Shown here one piece after another: positions 1-11,852 of a stretch of DNA of 64,000 bases. The translations under genes were made by a program, and so were the position numbers. Location: positions 62,001 through 126,000 of the forward strand of contig JALDZS010000010.1 in assembly GCA_022813965.1 (NCBI GenBank), in the 5' to 3' direction. How positions within the stretch are numbered: position 1 is the first letter of the stretch; each line of letters begins with the position of its first letter. Source of the DNA: Toensbergia leucococca (Eukaryota). Below the pieces are notes generated by a model. It was not told where the DNA came from. It saw nothing but the letters and a program-made list of their open reading frames with translations, and searched no databases.

Positions 1-1
1 T

Positions 2-3000
2 CAGCAATGGAGATTCAAGGACGCCTACTTAATTCTGCAAGAAGCTTTGCTCCATGGACCGGATGGACGCAGCTATGAGGAGTATCTCCTCATACGCATC
101 CTCTTTGCCTACGTGAGCATAAAGTTCAAGGGATCGTTCGTGCAGGCCAGAGACTGCATGAGAGAGTTGAGACTGCTAATAAAGAACGTTCCCATGCAAG
201 AGCTCAAAGACATACAAGTACGTGGTTACTATCTGAGTTGCAAAAAGGGTTCGCTAACGATGTCCATTCGAAAGGTCTACTGTCTACGAGAGTACCTCCG
301 GCTTGTCCACGAGGCTAGCAATGGCTCGCCTAATTTCAACACAGAGCCCCTCTTGGGTATCGTAGCATCAAGCGAAGATGGACTCCAAGGCGTTGCTGAC
401 TTCAGAGCATTTCTCCAACTATCAGGTCGATGGCGGGAAGCATCTCTTGTCCAGGATTTCGAAGAAGATCTATGTACAGATGTGGCTCAAAAAGTAGGAA
501 CGATTCGATCCCTACTGGCGTCCATGGACACCTCTTTCCGTTCAGTCCCTTGGAGACTTTTAAGGGCAAGCAAGCATTTGGTACTAGCGAATTTCTGCGA
601 TGAGCAAAAGCGTCAAGAACAAGCTGAGATACAAATTCTGCAGGCCGAGCAGCTTTCGCGTGACCAAAATGGAACCCCACATCCGTTTCTTCATAAGGTG
701 ATTCGACTGTGCAAGCTGAAGATAGATGCCTCGAGTATACACATGACTGATGCTGAGGCAGCGATTCAGATTGCTGACAGTGCTGAGGCGGAAGGACTTC
801 ACAGGGCAGAATGTATTGCCTTACAGCTTGTGAATTCTATCCTGACTATACGCCGGCCGGTTTCTCTCTCACATGAGGAACAACAATTGGAAGAAGTGCG
901 TGAACGGCTCGAACATAGATTGTCAGAGCTGGGTAATATTCAAGACTTTTATGGTACTGCGATCCTGCATCATCATTTGTTGGGCGAAGGCTGTTTCGAG
1001 AGCCTTGAATGGTGGAAACAAGTGGATATACAATACCCGAACTACAACGTCTGGCAACATCGAATTACTCGTCAAATAGAACTTTCGAGGTTTCATGTCA
1101 ACAATGACGAATATGTCCAAGCTTTGGAGGCCAGGCAGCGAGCAGAAGACCTCTTAAAGGACAGCAATTTATTTTGGGCTCCTTGCTTAGTAGAAGGCCA
1201 GCTTGGAACCTCGTTTGGAACACAAGACGGTAGTGCGACATTAGGACAGCCAAGATCATTAGTGCAGCGAAGATCGGCAGCACGGAAAAGCGAACCGCTT
1301 GAGACATATTTTTTTGAAGATTATCAGAAACGTAACATGATAATCCCAGATCCTGACACCGGCCGGCTTTACTACGGCATGCTCGGGACGGACAGCATAG
1401 GGGCGAGGAAAGCTCCCTTCGAGACATTGCTCGCCTGGATTCTGGCGGATCTGGAGATTGGTGAATTATTGCCTACCCAATTCGACCTTGTATTCGGCTT
1501 ATGTCTGGGTGAAATCTCGACTGATGATTTTGTAACATGGATCAAGTCTCTAACTGCTAGTCACTTCATTGTGTTACTCTATGGTCCATTAAACAGTCCA
1601 GTACCTTGCGAACGCTGGCTGAACATATTTTCTGTTTTTCAAACCTGGCTTGTCAATACGGAGAGTTTCCCCAAGGTCCAGCAACAATACATGCTTGTTG
1701 AACTCCAGAACGCCCGGATCGAAAGAATCTCAACCTGTTCAGCATTCGCAGCCATGAATGTCGAGGAGTGTCGCAGGGGTCTTGAGTTGGTGAGAAGTCT
1801 CGATTTTGTCGATAGTTCGAAAGATGCGATCAGACTTTTTGAAATAACATGCCAAACAAGCTTCGCACATTCAATAGGAATTAGCTGGCTAGGATCGTCT
1901 AGCTGGTCCGTGGAAAAGGAGGAAGACTTCACTGAAGCCATGGCAGTGCTTCGGCAGGCCTTGTCCAACACAAAGCCTAATGCAGACTCCTTCCGAGGAG
2001 GACATGATAGTAGTACTGATGCGTTCATTTGTGGATCGGTGTATTTCGCGCTGGGAATACTTCACTATTCAAAATTTGAGGCCGGAGGTGGCATCGACGT
2101 AGACAACGCCTTGACGTTGTTTCGATTTGCAGAAAAGTACTTTCGTATGAAACGGGAGAGATGCTTATCTAAACATGGATTCAAGCCCATCGAAAGCTAT
2201 CTGAAGGCCCTCGAAAATCCTTTAGTCGACAAAATCTTCCCAACAGTAATCCAGATGCAGAGTACAGCAAATACTGCCCAGCTTCACGTTAATAAGATAT
2301 GGGAATGGTTGCAAGCAGCAAAGTGTAGAGGTTTAGGTTCTTTAGGCAGATTCTCTAAGATTGAATCCCAGTATACTGATGCCTTTCTTTCATCTGAAGA
2401 TAATGAAGGGGCGGGCTTTGGAGTTGAGAACCTTCGAGTTCTTTCGCTGCTAGCAAGAAGTCCTGTCGTTTTCATTGACTGGTACACAGACTTCCATGGT
2501 GGCAAGTTCGGAGTCCCTATTATGTCAACATTGCGCCCTGGAGGAATCCCGAGACTCTTCAAGTTTGAAGACGAGGTCGATCTCTTTGACTTGAATGTCT
2601 ACAAGAGGCACTTCGTGTCAGCTCTAGAGCGCGAACAGTCCAGTGAAGGCGACGAAACCCGTGAATCAGCTCATTGGCTGCAGAAGTTCGAAGGTCTGAT
2701 TAGACCAGTCTTTGAAATCAGCGATCCAGGGGATGTTCTGGTCTTTTCGCCATGTGGTCTACTACACGGAATTCCTCTACATGCCGTTCTATTTGACGAG
2801 CAGCCACTGATTCGTAGAAACCCAATTGTCTACACCACCAGCATGAAATCATTGTTCTACGCAGCTTTGGCCCGACAGACCGACATGGCCGAGAATCAAT
2901 CGTTGATCTTCCGCTCAGGGGTCTTCATAAATCCACCATCCACACAGGGCCGTAAATCTGCCGAGAATGTCGCCAGTATTCTCAATGTTGATCCAAGAAC

Positions 3001-3694
3001 AGAGGCTGATTTCACTAAAGCCGCCTTTATGACTAGCATCACGGAAGACGCCGACCTCCTCCATTACCATGCTCACGCCACTGCTCCAAACCACGAACCT
3101 CTGGAGCAAAGCCTCGAATTTTCTGACGCTCCTCTTAGTGTTCGAGAAATTCTTGAGATCGTCCCTAGACGCAAAAGTTACCACGCAACCATCCTAGGCT
3201 GCAGTAGCGGCGTGACTGTCAAGACAACGAGCAATGAGCCTCTTGGTCTCGTCCCCGCGCTTATGTACAACGGTGCCTCGTCTGTGATATCTGCTCTTTG
3301 GCCAATTGATGATCACGATGCGGCCCTTTTCGCCAACGAGTTCTACTCGAATTTCTCGCACAACCTCTCAAATCAAGAGGGGGGTCCTCCCGAAACAAGA
3401 ATCATCGATCTTGCCCGCGCAGCGCAAAGAGCGGTCCTCAGCATCCTCGACAGCGAGCAAGGACGAAACGATCTGCGACATTGGGCAGGGTTCGTCCTAA
3501 ATGGTTGGTGGATGTTTAGCATTCCTAAGAAAAGTGACAGGAAACCCTCCGGGCTTGAAAAGTTCCCAGAAATGCAAAGTGCAAGGCCATGGCCTCCGCC
3601 GCCGCCCGCTCCGCCTCTCAGAATCCGCAGCTGGTGGACAGTGGTGCCGAGGTGGTTTAGCTTTTATACATTGTGGCCATATTTTCAGTGGTAA
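2..3694 (+). CDS. Large helical-repeat + CHAT (caspase HetF-associated, peptidase clan CD) domain protein, 5'-partial
   Basis: Frame is open from base 2 (QQWRFKDAYLILQEAL precedes the TTG at 47), so the true start lies outside the window. C-terminal CHAT motifs: LVFSPCGLLHGIPLHA, LLHYHAHA (catalytic His region), ILGCSSG (catalytic Cys), GASSVISALWPIDD, HWAGFVLNG. The last ~40 aa may be altered by an unrecognised intron. Confidence 0.8.
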   Translation, partial: QQWRFKDAYLILQEALLHGPDGRSYEEYLLIRILFAYVSIKFKGSFVQARDCMRELRLLIKNVPMQELKDIQVRGYYLSCKKGSLTMSIRKVYCLREYLRLVHEASNGSPNFNTEPLLGIVASSEDGLQGVADFRAFLQLSGRWREASLVQDFEEDLCTDVAQKVGTIRSLLASMDTSFRSVPWRLLRASKHLVLANFCDEQKRQEQAEIQILQAEQLSRDQNGTPHPFLHKVIRLCKLKIDASSIHMTDAEAAIQIADSAEAEGLHRAECIALQLVNSILTIRRPVSLSHEEQQLEEVRERLEHRLSELGNIQDFYGTAILHHHLLGEGCFESLEWWKQVDIQYPNYNVWQHRITRQIELSRFHVNNDEYVQALEARQRAEDLLKDSNLFWAPCLVEGQLGTSFGTQDGSATLGQPRSLVQRRSAARKSEPLETYFFEDYQKRNMIIPDPDTGRLYYGMLGTDSIGARKAPFETLLAWILADLEIGELLPTQFDLVFGLCLGEISTDDFVTWIKSLTASHFIVLLYGPLNSPVPCERWLNIFSVFQTWLVNTESFPKVQQQYMLVELQNARIERISTCSAFAAMNVEECRRGLELVRSLDFVDSSKDAIRLFEITCQTSFAHSIGISWLGSSSWSVEKEEDFTEAMAVLRQALSNTKPNADSFRGGHDSSTDAFICGSVYFALGILHYSKFEAGGGIDVDNALTLFRFAEKYFRMKRERCLSKHGFKPIESYLKALENPLVDKIFPTVIQMQSTANTAQLHVNKIWEWLQAAKCRGLGSLGRFSKIESQYTDAFLSSEDNEGAGFGVENLRVLSLLARSPVVFIDWYTDFHGGKFGVPIMSTLRPGGIPRLFKFEDEVDLFDLNVYKRHFVSALEREQSSEGDETRESAHWLQKFEGLIRPVFEISDPGDVLVFSPCGLLHGIPLHAVLFDEQPLIRRNPIVYTTSMKSLFYAALARQTDMAENQSLIFRSGVFINPPSTQGRKSAENVASILNVDPRTEADFTKAAFMTSITEDADLLHYHAHATAPNHEPLEQSLEFSDAPLSVREILEIVPRRKSYHATILGCSSGVTVKTTSNEPLGLVPALMYNGASSVISALWPIDDHDAALFANEFYSNFSHNLSNQEGGPPETRIIDLARAAQRAVLSILDSEQGRNDLRHWAGFVLNGWWMFSIPKKSDRKPSGLEKFPEMQSARPWPPPPPAPPLRIRSWWTVVPRWFSFYTLWPYFQW

Positions 3695-4603
3695 ATTATC
3701 CTGTCTTTTGAACTAGGATGAGATACAAATGGACTTGGGCTCTTCGACACTAATGGGCATTTCCCACAGAAACGAAGTACCGAGACAGTGAAAAGGGAGG
3801 ATGTTCAGCTAGTGATCCGGGTTCAGTCATCTCATTCTATCTGGATTTTCTTTTTTGCAAATGACGACGGCAATGGACGTTATCGATGATTCGATGTTGT
3901 GAGGAGTGAACAAATACATTTCTTTGGCGCAAGCAGGAGAGCTAGCCTACGATCTCGCAACCAAACTTGAAAGACAGTCAAAGTAAAAGGACTATGGGCT
4001 CGGAGAGATCCATTGACCACCAAGGTTTTTGGAGACCGCAGTTGCGCCCGGTCGTGGTCATTCTTGTCGAAATGTGTTGGTGCAACAGGTTTATCCATAT
4101 ATCCAGCCCTTCGATCCCCCCTTTCCACTTGATTTGACCAGTTCCGTGGATTGGCAAGGAATTTCATGGCGTTTCGGTTCGCGCTTGTATCAAGAGCTGT
4201 GTTGGGCGGGTTTTTGCAAAGGGGCCTCACAAAGTGCAAAATTGCGTGATAACATGGTTTTGACATTGAGAAAGTGGATCCAAGATTTTCTCTTTTAGTT
4301 TAATAGATAGATTTTTAATATGGGAAGTTTATATCAACAACAATTTGTTGAATCAACAAAGACTGATTATTCAATGCTTTCGAAAATACAGAGATACCAC
4401 AATCTACATCAAAGTAGGTATCTCAAATGTGTGATGAGAGAAGATTGCAAGTCAATAATGTGGCGACCGAGTATCCGAATATCCGTAAGGAGGTCAAATG
4501 TGTTCCGGAAGTCTGAGAATGATCTGGTATAAAACTGATAGAGAGAAAGTAAAGCGATGGTGGTGAACTTATCTAGGGAGCTTTATTCGGTCAACCAGAT
4601 CTG

Positions 4604-5376
4604 TTACTCGACCTCTCTCACCAACTGCCAAACCCTCTTCTCCTCCTCTCCACTCTTTTCCCGCTCACTCATCGCTTTTTCTTTCTCCCCAGTTCTTACC
4701 GCTGCATCCATCTCATCCACCTCAAGTACTAGCCCTTGAAAACTCCTTAACACAATCTCAATCCGCTCTCCAACCTCTCTGACTCCCTTGGTCTCCGCTC
4801 TCCATCTCTCTACCTGCTCTTCCATCCCAAGTATTAACGTCTCCCGCGCTTGGTGTGGTCGATACTCATTAATTAGATGGTGCGCATTCACAAATAAGTC
4901 ACGCAAGTGATCCCATTCAGATCCATAGGCAGAAGGATTGGTTGCAAGTATGTTGATTAAAGATAGATAGGAGAGCAGAATTGAGCGGGTTAGGGTAAGA
5001 AGATGGGAGGGGCTTGGTGGGGAAGGAAAGAGTTGGGGAAAGCCTTCATCTTGAAGGGTTGGATTGGGTGAGAAGATCTGTTAGGATCTGATCAGAATTT
5101 AGACAGAAGATAGAGAGAGGGACGTACGTCGTGGGACTCCCCAAAGCTGCGGTATTTTCCATGGGGCGGTGGAGGTGGCGGGACTAGGTAACGGAGTTCC
5201 GGTGGGAGATTAAGTATCTGCGATGGCTTTGGGGATTGGGTATCCAAGGTGGTTTGTTCAGAGGATCCGACGAGTTCATTGAGGCGGCTTTGGCTCTGCG
5301 GGGTGAAGTGCTTGTAAAATGTCGGCGGGGCTGGGAAGGCTGCGGTGATTGCCCCTGGCTGTTGTTGGTCCGCCAT
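4604..5376 (-). CDS. MED7: Mediator complex subunit 7 (2 exons; intron 5078-5127)
   Basis: AFPAPPTFYKHFT, PPPPP..GKYRSFG, then after a GT..AG intron LFVNAHHLINEYRPHQARETLI, the conserved Med7 signature. Confidence 0.92.
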
Positions 5377-5728
5377 GGATGAGAAGAATCAAAATTCAAT
5401 GCAATGGAGATCGAAGTCGCATCTCCTCAAGTCTATGAGATATCCGAACGCATTGTTCACTTTCCAGGCACGCCAGGGTAGTATCTATCCGCAAGGTAAA
5501 TGGGTAAGTACCTTAGGTAAGGTTGAAGCTCCTCGGCTCCCTTGTTTGCGAAAGTAAAGCCGAGCAAGATCACCACATAAATGACGTCTGCCCGTTTAGA
5601 TATTACGCAGCTGCATGCCTGCATCCTCCTTTACAGCTCCCAATATTCGATGTTCTACAGCGTTCATCCTTCATCGGCCCATTGCTTCGATCAATGAAGC
5701 GTTCTGTATGTGAATTGCCTAGGCATTG

Positions 5729-6922
5729 ATGCCGCAACCTAGTCTCCGCTCACCTGGGGGCATGCCGCAAATGGGGCTCATGGGCTCCGCCTTGAGGTTC
5801 TGGCAGGTACGGAATCGCATAGATCCCTGACTCCAATACGTGCTGCAGACAAAGAGACTGAAGCTTGTAGCGGCCATATGTTGCCGATTACGTGGGAATA
5901 TTTCTACTCTTTGCGGCCTATTTGTTCGTTAGTCTACCCCCTGGCGCATACTGTATACAATATTAAGCAAGTGTTCAAGTAGATCCAGCTGGTCTTGGAC
6001 CCTTTCCACCGCATGTTCTCCCTTGATAATATTGCTATTCAATATCCCCATGCTGCCGTTGAGCGCGTCCCCAGTAGTGCGAAGTCCTCCTCATTAGGAG
6101 TCCTCCTCTGCCAGCTAATATTGCATCTCCAGGTTGGAACGTTGCCTACGCTGGCGGCTTACCTCTCCTTATACTAGTCCTCTGGGCCATCGTCCTTCAA
6201 CCTCCCGGTCACAAAATCCACGTCTCGATCCTCGGCCTCTTCATAAGTCTGGTCCTCACCTCCTTTCTAACGGACGTGGTGAAAAACGCCGTAGGACGAC
6301 CTCGGCCAGATCTTATTGCTCGTTGCAAGCCGGCAAAGGGAACCCCTGGGTCAGGCTTGGTAGATATTGACGTATGCACGGAAAAGGATCGCCATCTCCT
6401 GCAGGATGGGTGGAGGAGTTTCCCAAGTGGACATAGTAGCTTCGCTTTCAGTGGATTGGGATATCTTGCCCTGTAAAGCACCACGCTCGCCCACCAATTC
6501 AAAGCTTTACTGATAACCCCAGCTTCCTCGCCGGCCAGATGCACGTCTTCCGCCCTCATACAGACCTCGCGCGGGTTCTCCTCGCACTCGCCCCACTGGT
6601 TGGCGCAGCCCTAATCGCCATATCGCGCTGCGAGGACTACCGCCACGACGTTTACGACGTCACAATCGGCTCCCTTCTCGGCATACTCATCGCATATTTC
6701 TCTTACCGAAGATATTACCCCGGATTGAAATCACCACATTGCGATATCCCTTTCCCAAGCAGACAAGATACTGTTCAGAAAGGCCTTGGAAAATTGAAGG
6801 ATGAAGAGGAAAGGGTGCAAAGCGCTGAGACGTTTCCGTTTGATGATTTGGAGCAGGACGCTGAGCGGGTGCCGTTGAGGGAGACGAGTAGGGAGCGAGT
6901 TGGTAGTGGTAGTGATTCGTAG
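5729..6922 (+). CDS. PAP2-superfamily lipid phosphate phosphatase (DPP1/LPP1-like), multi-exon
   Basis: Spliced exons give PFHRMFSL..IQYPHA, motif C1 KNAVGRPRP, C2 SFPSGHSS and C3 SRCEDYRHDVYDV. Start ATG 5729 is inferred. Confidence 0.88.
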
Positions 6923-7256
6923 CGTTTCAGGATAAATCAACTATTGGTATCATTTTGTTTTTCTTTCTGATGCTGACTTCGGTTCCGCTTTCTTCGCAGC
7001 CCAACATGCCACGGACTGGCTGCTTCCTTTAAGATTGTTCCGCCAAGGGGAGCATGTCTTCCCTTTGGAATTGCGATGGAACGAGAAATAAGTCAAGGCG
7101 ATCTTTGTCTTGCGAAGCAACGATATAATTCTATATAGGTATTTTCAGGGAACGCTCAGAGCCTATTCATGAGCTGCAACATACCTATCCTTCGTCTATG
7201 ACCCAATTTATTCTTCGCTAATTTCTCAGGCGTCATACACCTACGCAAAGCCCAGT

Positions 7257-8927
7257 CTACTTCCTCGCCAAATTGTCATGCAGTTTGTACTCCTTCATGA
7301 ACAAACTACACAGCGTCCCCAAAATCGCGATCCCTAGCGTCGTCAGAAAAACCCCCCGCAACGCATCCATATACACATCCATAACCCCAGCCTTCCACTC
7401 CGGCGGCAGCTTCTTAATCTCATCAAGATTATCCCGCAGTTTCTGGATCATTTCGGCGGCGTCTTCTCGACCTCCGAACCGGCTCCAGAGTTCCATGTTC
7501 AGGATGTTCTGAAAGACGGCCGAGGCGATGGTGATGCCGATTGAGCTGCCGGTGCTGCGGAATGCGTATGAAGCCGAGGTGATGACGGCTTGATCTTTAT
7601 GTGATACGCTGGCGATGAGGGCGATCAAAGTTATAGTCAGCATACCGCTGTAACCGACGCCGGCAAGAAAGAAGGCGATGAAGGGCTCCCACGCCGGGGT
7701 TGTGAGAGTAAAAGTTGAGACGATGATGATGGCCACCATGAAGATGGCTTGACTACAGACGCTAAGGATGTAGTAGCGGCCGGTCCATTTCATGATGAAG
7801 CCTGAACTAATAGAGCCGACGGCGACACCGATAGACTGGGGAATGAGACGGGCGCCGGCTTGGGTTGTGGAGAGGCCTTTGACCTGGAAGTAGATGGGGC
7901 CGTAAAAGAGGATCGAGAAAACGCACATTGTTGTTAGCCAATTTGTTAGGCAGGCAGATATGACCGTGCGATTGAGCATTAGCTTGACGGGAATGATGGG
8001 CTCGGAGGCCTGTGTGTTTTCAACGTAGATGAAGATGGCAAGGAAGACGACCGAGAGGGGGAGAGTAGTTAGGACGAGCGGGTGTGTCCAGGGAACGATA
8101 TTGCCGCCTGAGTTCAGACCCAGGAGGAGTGTGACCAGGGTGAGGATGAGGAGGAAAGCTCCCAGGAAGTCAATTCGCTTCCAAGGGGACTCGTCTGTCT
8201 GCTTGACGGGGATTCTGATGGTAAACCAGATCATTATGCCCGAGATAATGGTCAACGGTACCTGCACCAGAAAAGCTACCCTCCAACCCCAGACATCATT
8301 GATCCAGCCCCCGAAAACGCCTCCAAGCCCGGCTCCTGTACCATAAACAATATTTCCAAAACCCTGCCACACTCCTCTCTTACGCGTCGGCACCAAATCC
8401 GAAGCAACAAACGTCGAGATAGCGTTCAACCCTCCACCACCCATTCCTGCAACCACACGGCCGAGTATCATGACCCCTTCGCTAGTCGCAAGGCCGCAGA
8501 TTAGGTTTCCGAGGGCGAAGAAAAGGTTGGAGAAGAGGAGACCCGTTCTTCGGGAAAGTATATCAGTGAGGCGTCCGCTGAGGGGTTGGAGAGCGGCGTT
8601 GGAGATTAGGTAGGCTGAGGCTAGCCATGACAGGAGAGAGAGGGAGTTGAAGGAAGTGGAGATGGGAGCGGAGAGAGTGGCGATTATTGTAGAATCTAAT
8701 GCAGCGAGGAAGACCCCAATCCAGATGCTACCGAGCACGAGAAGAAGTTTGGCAGTGCTGGGGTCCTCTTCTACCACTGGCACATCATCCGCGCCGTTGG
8801 TGGTACCCGCGTCCCTGTTTTCTTCTGGGTCAATTGTCCCATTGGTTGATATTTGGGCTTTGCCATCTCCAAGTAGAGCGCTATTCTCCGATGCTGGCTC
8901 CTCGACACTATCTTCGAAACTTGACAT
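7257..8927 (-). CDS. MFS drug:H+ antiporter, DHA14 family (Vba/Fnx-like), single exon
   Basis: FLAALDSTIIAT, QPLSGRLTDILSRR, GRVVAGMGGGG, GWRVAFLVQVP, IDFLGA motifs and ~14 hydrophobic segments. First ATG at 8927 (the ORF track starts at a TTG). Confidence 0.9.
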   Translation of the reverse strand: MSSFEDSVEEPASENSALLGDGKAQISTNGTIDPEENRDAGTTNGADDVPVVEEDPSTAKLLLVLGSIWIGVFLAALDSTIIATLSAPISTSFNSLSLLSWLASAYLISNAALQPLSGRLTDILSRRTGLLFSNLFFALGNLICGLATSEGVMILGRVVAGMGGGGLNAISTFVASDLVPTRKRGVWQGFGNIVYGTGAGLGGVFGGWINDVWGWRVAFLVQVPLTIISGIMIWFTIRIPVKQTDESPWKRIDFLGAFLLILTLVTLLLGLNSGGNIVPWTHPLVLTTLPLSVVFLAIFIYVENTQASEPIIPVKLMLNRTVISACLTNWLTTMCVFSILFYGPIYFQVKGLSTTQAGARLIPQSIGVAVGSISSGFIMKWTGRYYILSVCSQAIFMVAIIIVSTFTLTTPAWEPFIAFFLAGVGYSGMLTITLIALIASVSHKDQAVITSASYAFRSTGSSIGITIASAVFQNILNMELWSRFGGREDAAEMIQKLRDNLDEIKKLPPEWKAGVMDVYMDALRGVFLTTLGIAILGTLCSLFMKEYKLHDNLARK

Positions 8928-9131
8928 TTCGACCGTATGCCGACTCAAGATGCCCTAAGGAAGCAAATGGCTTGGGCACAATTTGAAATATCCTATGTGA
9001 CTCTTTTATCAGACACTGACGTCAAACACCGATAGCCGAGCTCGAGCTAGCGATTCATTATTCTAGCGTGGAATAAGTGCTCACTTACACGCCTTGTTAT
9101 ATGAACCTCGAAAGGTACAAGGGTACGAGTA

Positions 9132-9846
9132 CCTGTAGGACAAAGCTCTCAGGTTGATACTCAATTATCTGACTGACCTCCTCAGTTCATTATGGCTTGT
9201 AACACTCATTTTAATCAATCAACTCATACATTCTCAGGCCTTGACGGTCCCTCTGCTCGCTGGAGCCAGTGACCTCCTAAGCCAAGTCATCAATGACCTC
9301 AATGAAGGACATCCTCAGGCCTTGACGGTCCCTCTGCTCGCTGGAGCCAGTGACCTCCTAAGCCAAGTCATCAATGACCTCAATGAAGGACATCCTCAGG
9401 CCTGGATAGTCGCTCTGCCTACTGAATCTAAGCATTCTCCTCTTCATGTGCCTTCCGGGCACGAGTATTCTCAATCTCGCAAGCATCCTCTTTCATACAA
9501 GCGAGCTATTGGGTTCTTTGAGTAGCCATCTGGGCAGCTCTTAGAATATCAACTTGGGCAGCATCTTGGCCTTTGCCTTGATCTCTCTTTAAACCTGGCA
9601 CCAATAGCCAGCTCTTATTGAGGATTTCGCATAGGGTCTCAAGATATAATGTTGTTCTCAAATAATTCCTTACTGAATTGAACGCTTGTGGTGTCAAAAG
9701 GACTTAAAATGGGGTACGGATAGGACGATGAATTATGCCAAGAATTTGCAAGAGGTTCGCATACGCTAAAGGGTGTATCCTTTGACTCTCCTACGAGAAA
9801 TATCTCGTTACTTTCTAATATCTTCAGGACAGTTCGTCCTCACAGG
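9132..9846. mobile_element. Putative non-autonomous element (MITE-like or solo-LTR-like), ~715 bp
   Basis: Imperfect terminal inverted repeats CCTGT-AGGACAAA (from 9132) vs CCTGTGAGGACGAA (reverse complement ending 9846), flanked on both sides by AGTA (9128-9131 and 9847-9850). Contains an internal 81-bp duplication. Confidence 0.4.
9233..9403. repeat. Perfect 81-bp tandem duplication (2 units + 9 bp)
   Basis: ctcaggccttgacggtccc...aatgaaggacatc starts at 9233 and 9314; ctcaggcct recurs at 9395. Confidence 0.95.
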
Positions 9847-10674
9847 AGTAAGTGGAGCGATGAGATTCTATCTGTTTTTCTGAACAGTGAGGTCACTTTC
9901 CCCCAGCCCGAGAGATTTCCGGGAAAGGAATATACGGCCAGGTCGCCGTCAAAGAAAATCTGCGGTACTGCCTCTTCTTCACCATAAGTCATTTTTAATC
10001 GCCCGTGTGCTCTAGCTATACGTCTGCGAGTTCTCAAGTACTCCCCAGACTCTGTGAACAGTCTTCTGGGCTACTACATAATTTTCGTCTTGCTGCTGCA
10101 TCAAAAGCTATGTTTGGTTGTCGCCCACGGTCTATCGGGTTTTCTTTCACAGAAATTGCTGCCTCGCCTATCTGGACCCTAGCTAAGTCTCAAGATCAGA
10201 AAGCGTGGAATTTCATCAAGTGAGGGTATGCTCGTTTTCTTATTGCAAGTATCTTCTGGCTGTTGGAGAAACAGGTTTATGTTATGCGGATGAGCGGGCT
10301 TTCAACTGACATGTCGAAGAGACTTCATAATGTCTACCGTTTACATGTCTACTAGCCCAAGTCATGCACGAAAATATATCCCGAGGATGTACATCTTGTA
10401 TACTCTCTAACGAACTTATTTTTTCCTGTCTTACTGGGTTAGTAAGCCTTCCCCACTTCTCAGGTGGTATCAACCTTACTGTACGGAGTAAACCCTCCAA
10501 CCTTGAGCTAGGTATTCAACTCATACATGGATGGTCGACTCTGTACCGCTCCTTACTCGAAGCCTCTTCTCGCTCAAAGTTCAAATTACAGCCTATGTTT
10601 GTTAGTAGCGTATGCGCCAGAACGAACTCATCTCCACTGCCCTCCGAGCCGCCAAAGTCAATGCTCAATCGCCC

Positions 10675-11852
10675 ATGATGGGCTCCAAATCTAAATTACC
10701 ATTGATCGACTTCGGTTTCTTTCTTCGTGGTTCCGTTGACGAGCGCGTGCATGTTGCCTCTGCCATTGATGAGGCTTTGAGTTCCATTGGCTTCATTTAC
10801 CTCAGCAACTGCGGCATAAACCAGCACAAAGTCGATGAATGTCTACAATGGGTCAGCCTAGATCACTTGAAAGGCTCAACTATGGCTATTAGCTAAGATG
10901 ATATCACGACAGAGCAAACGCTTTTTCGCTCTCTCTGAGTCTGATAAGAACAATGTACGGCGTTCAGCTGATCGTTCACATAATCGTGGGTTTTCTGGAG
11001 TGGGAAAAGAGAAGGTGCGTGAGTGCATCTGCATGAAAGAGAGTTTCGATTATGGAAACCCAGAAGATGATACACAACCTAATATTTGGCCGCCTGAGGA
11101 GCTGTTACCGGGCTTTCGAAACTTCATGGAAACTTTTTTTCAGGCATGAACCCAGTCAAAATAATCCTCTTGAGATTCAAGGAACCAGTACTTACAAGTC
11201 GTAGGACTGTACTGAACTTATTCACCAGCTCCTTGACTGTCTCTCCCTAGCTTTGAACCTCTCTTCCGACGATTCGCTTGCGCGGCACCACACTGGTTCT
11301 CTCTTCAACCTTAGCCTCATTCACTATCCTGCCCTTTCAACGCAGCTTCTCCGTTCTGGCGATCTCGCTCGAATTCCTGCACACTCCGACTTCGGCACCC
11401 TAACGCTTCTCTTTCAGGATGCTACTGGTGGACTGGAGATTGCAGAGCCACACTCTGCAATTACGGGGACAAGCGCCGATTTTGAGAAGAGCGGTGTATT
11501 TAGACATATAGAGCCGAAGCCAGGAACGGTTGTTGTCAACATAGGCTACCTGCTCATGAGGTGGAGTAATGGACGGTGGAAAAATACGGTTCACAGGGTG
11601 TCGGAACCTCCTTCTCCATCGAAAGAGCAGGCTTTGGGCGGTTTCGACTCCTCAAGATCTCAGGAGCTAAGTAACGTAGCAAGAAGCGACACGACTCCAG
11701 CAAGATATAGCATTCCGTTCTTTGCTGCTCCCGATCCAGCAACAATGGTAGAAGCCTTACCCGGATGCTGGAGCGAGCATTCACCAAAGAGGTGGAAATC
11801 CATCAACGCAGGCCAATATCTCCGCAAGAAGAGGGAAGCTACGTACGTCTGA
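10675..11852 (+). CDS. 2-oxoglutarate/Fe(II) dioxygenase (DIOX_N + 2OG-FeII_Oxy, IPNS-like fold); introns 10852-10912 and 11144-11204 (GC-AG)
   Basis: LPLIDF, IGFIYLSNCGI, NRGFSG..KE, NIWP, the HxD motif AHSDFGTLTLLFQD, distal His NTVHRV and RYS motif. Confidence 0.9.

Noticed and set aside
9154..9525. 123-aa ORF with a repeated 27-aa unit
   Set aside because: It starts at TTG, has no recognisable motif, and its length is explained by the in-frame 81-bp DNA duplication.
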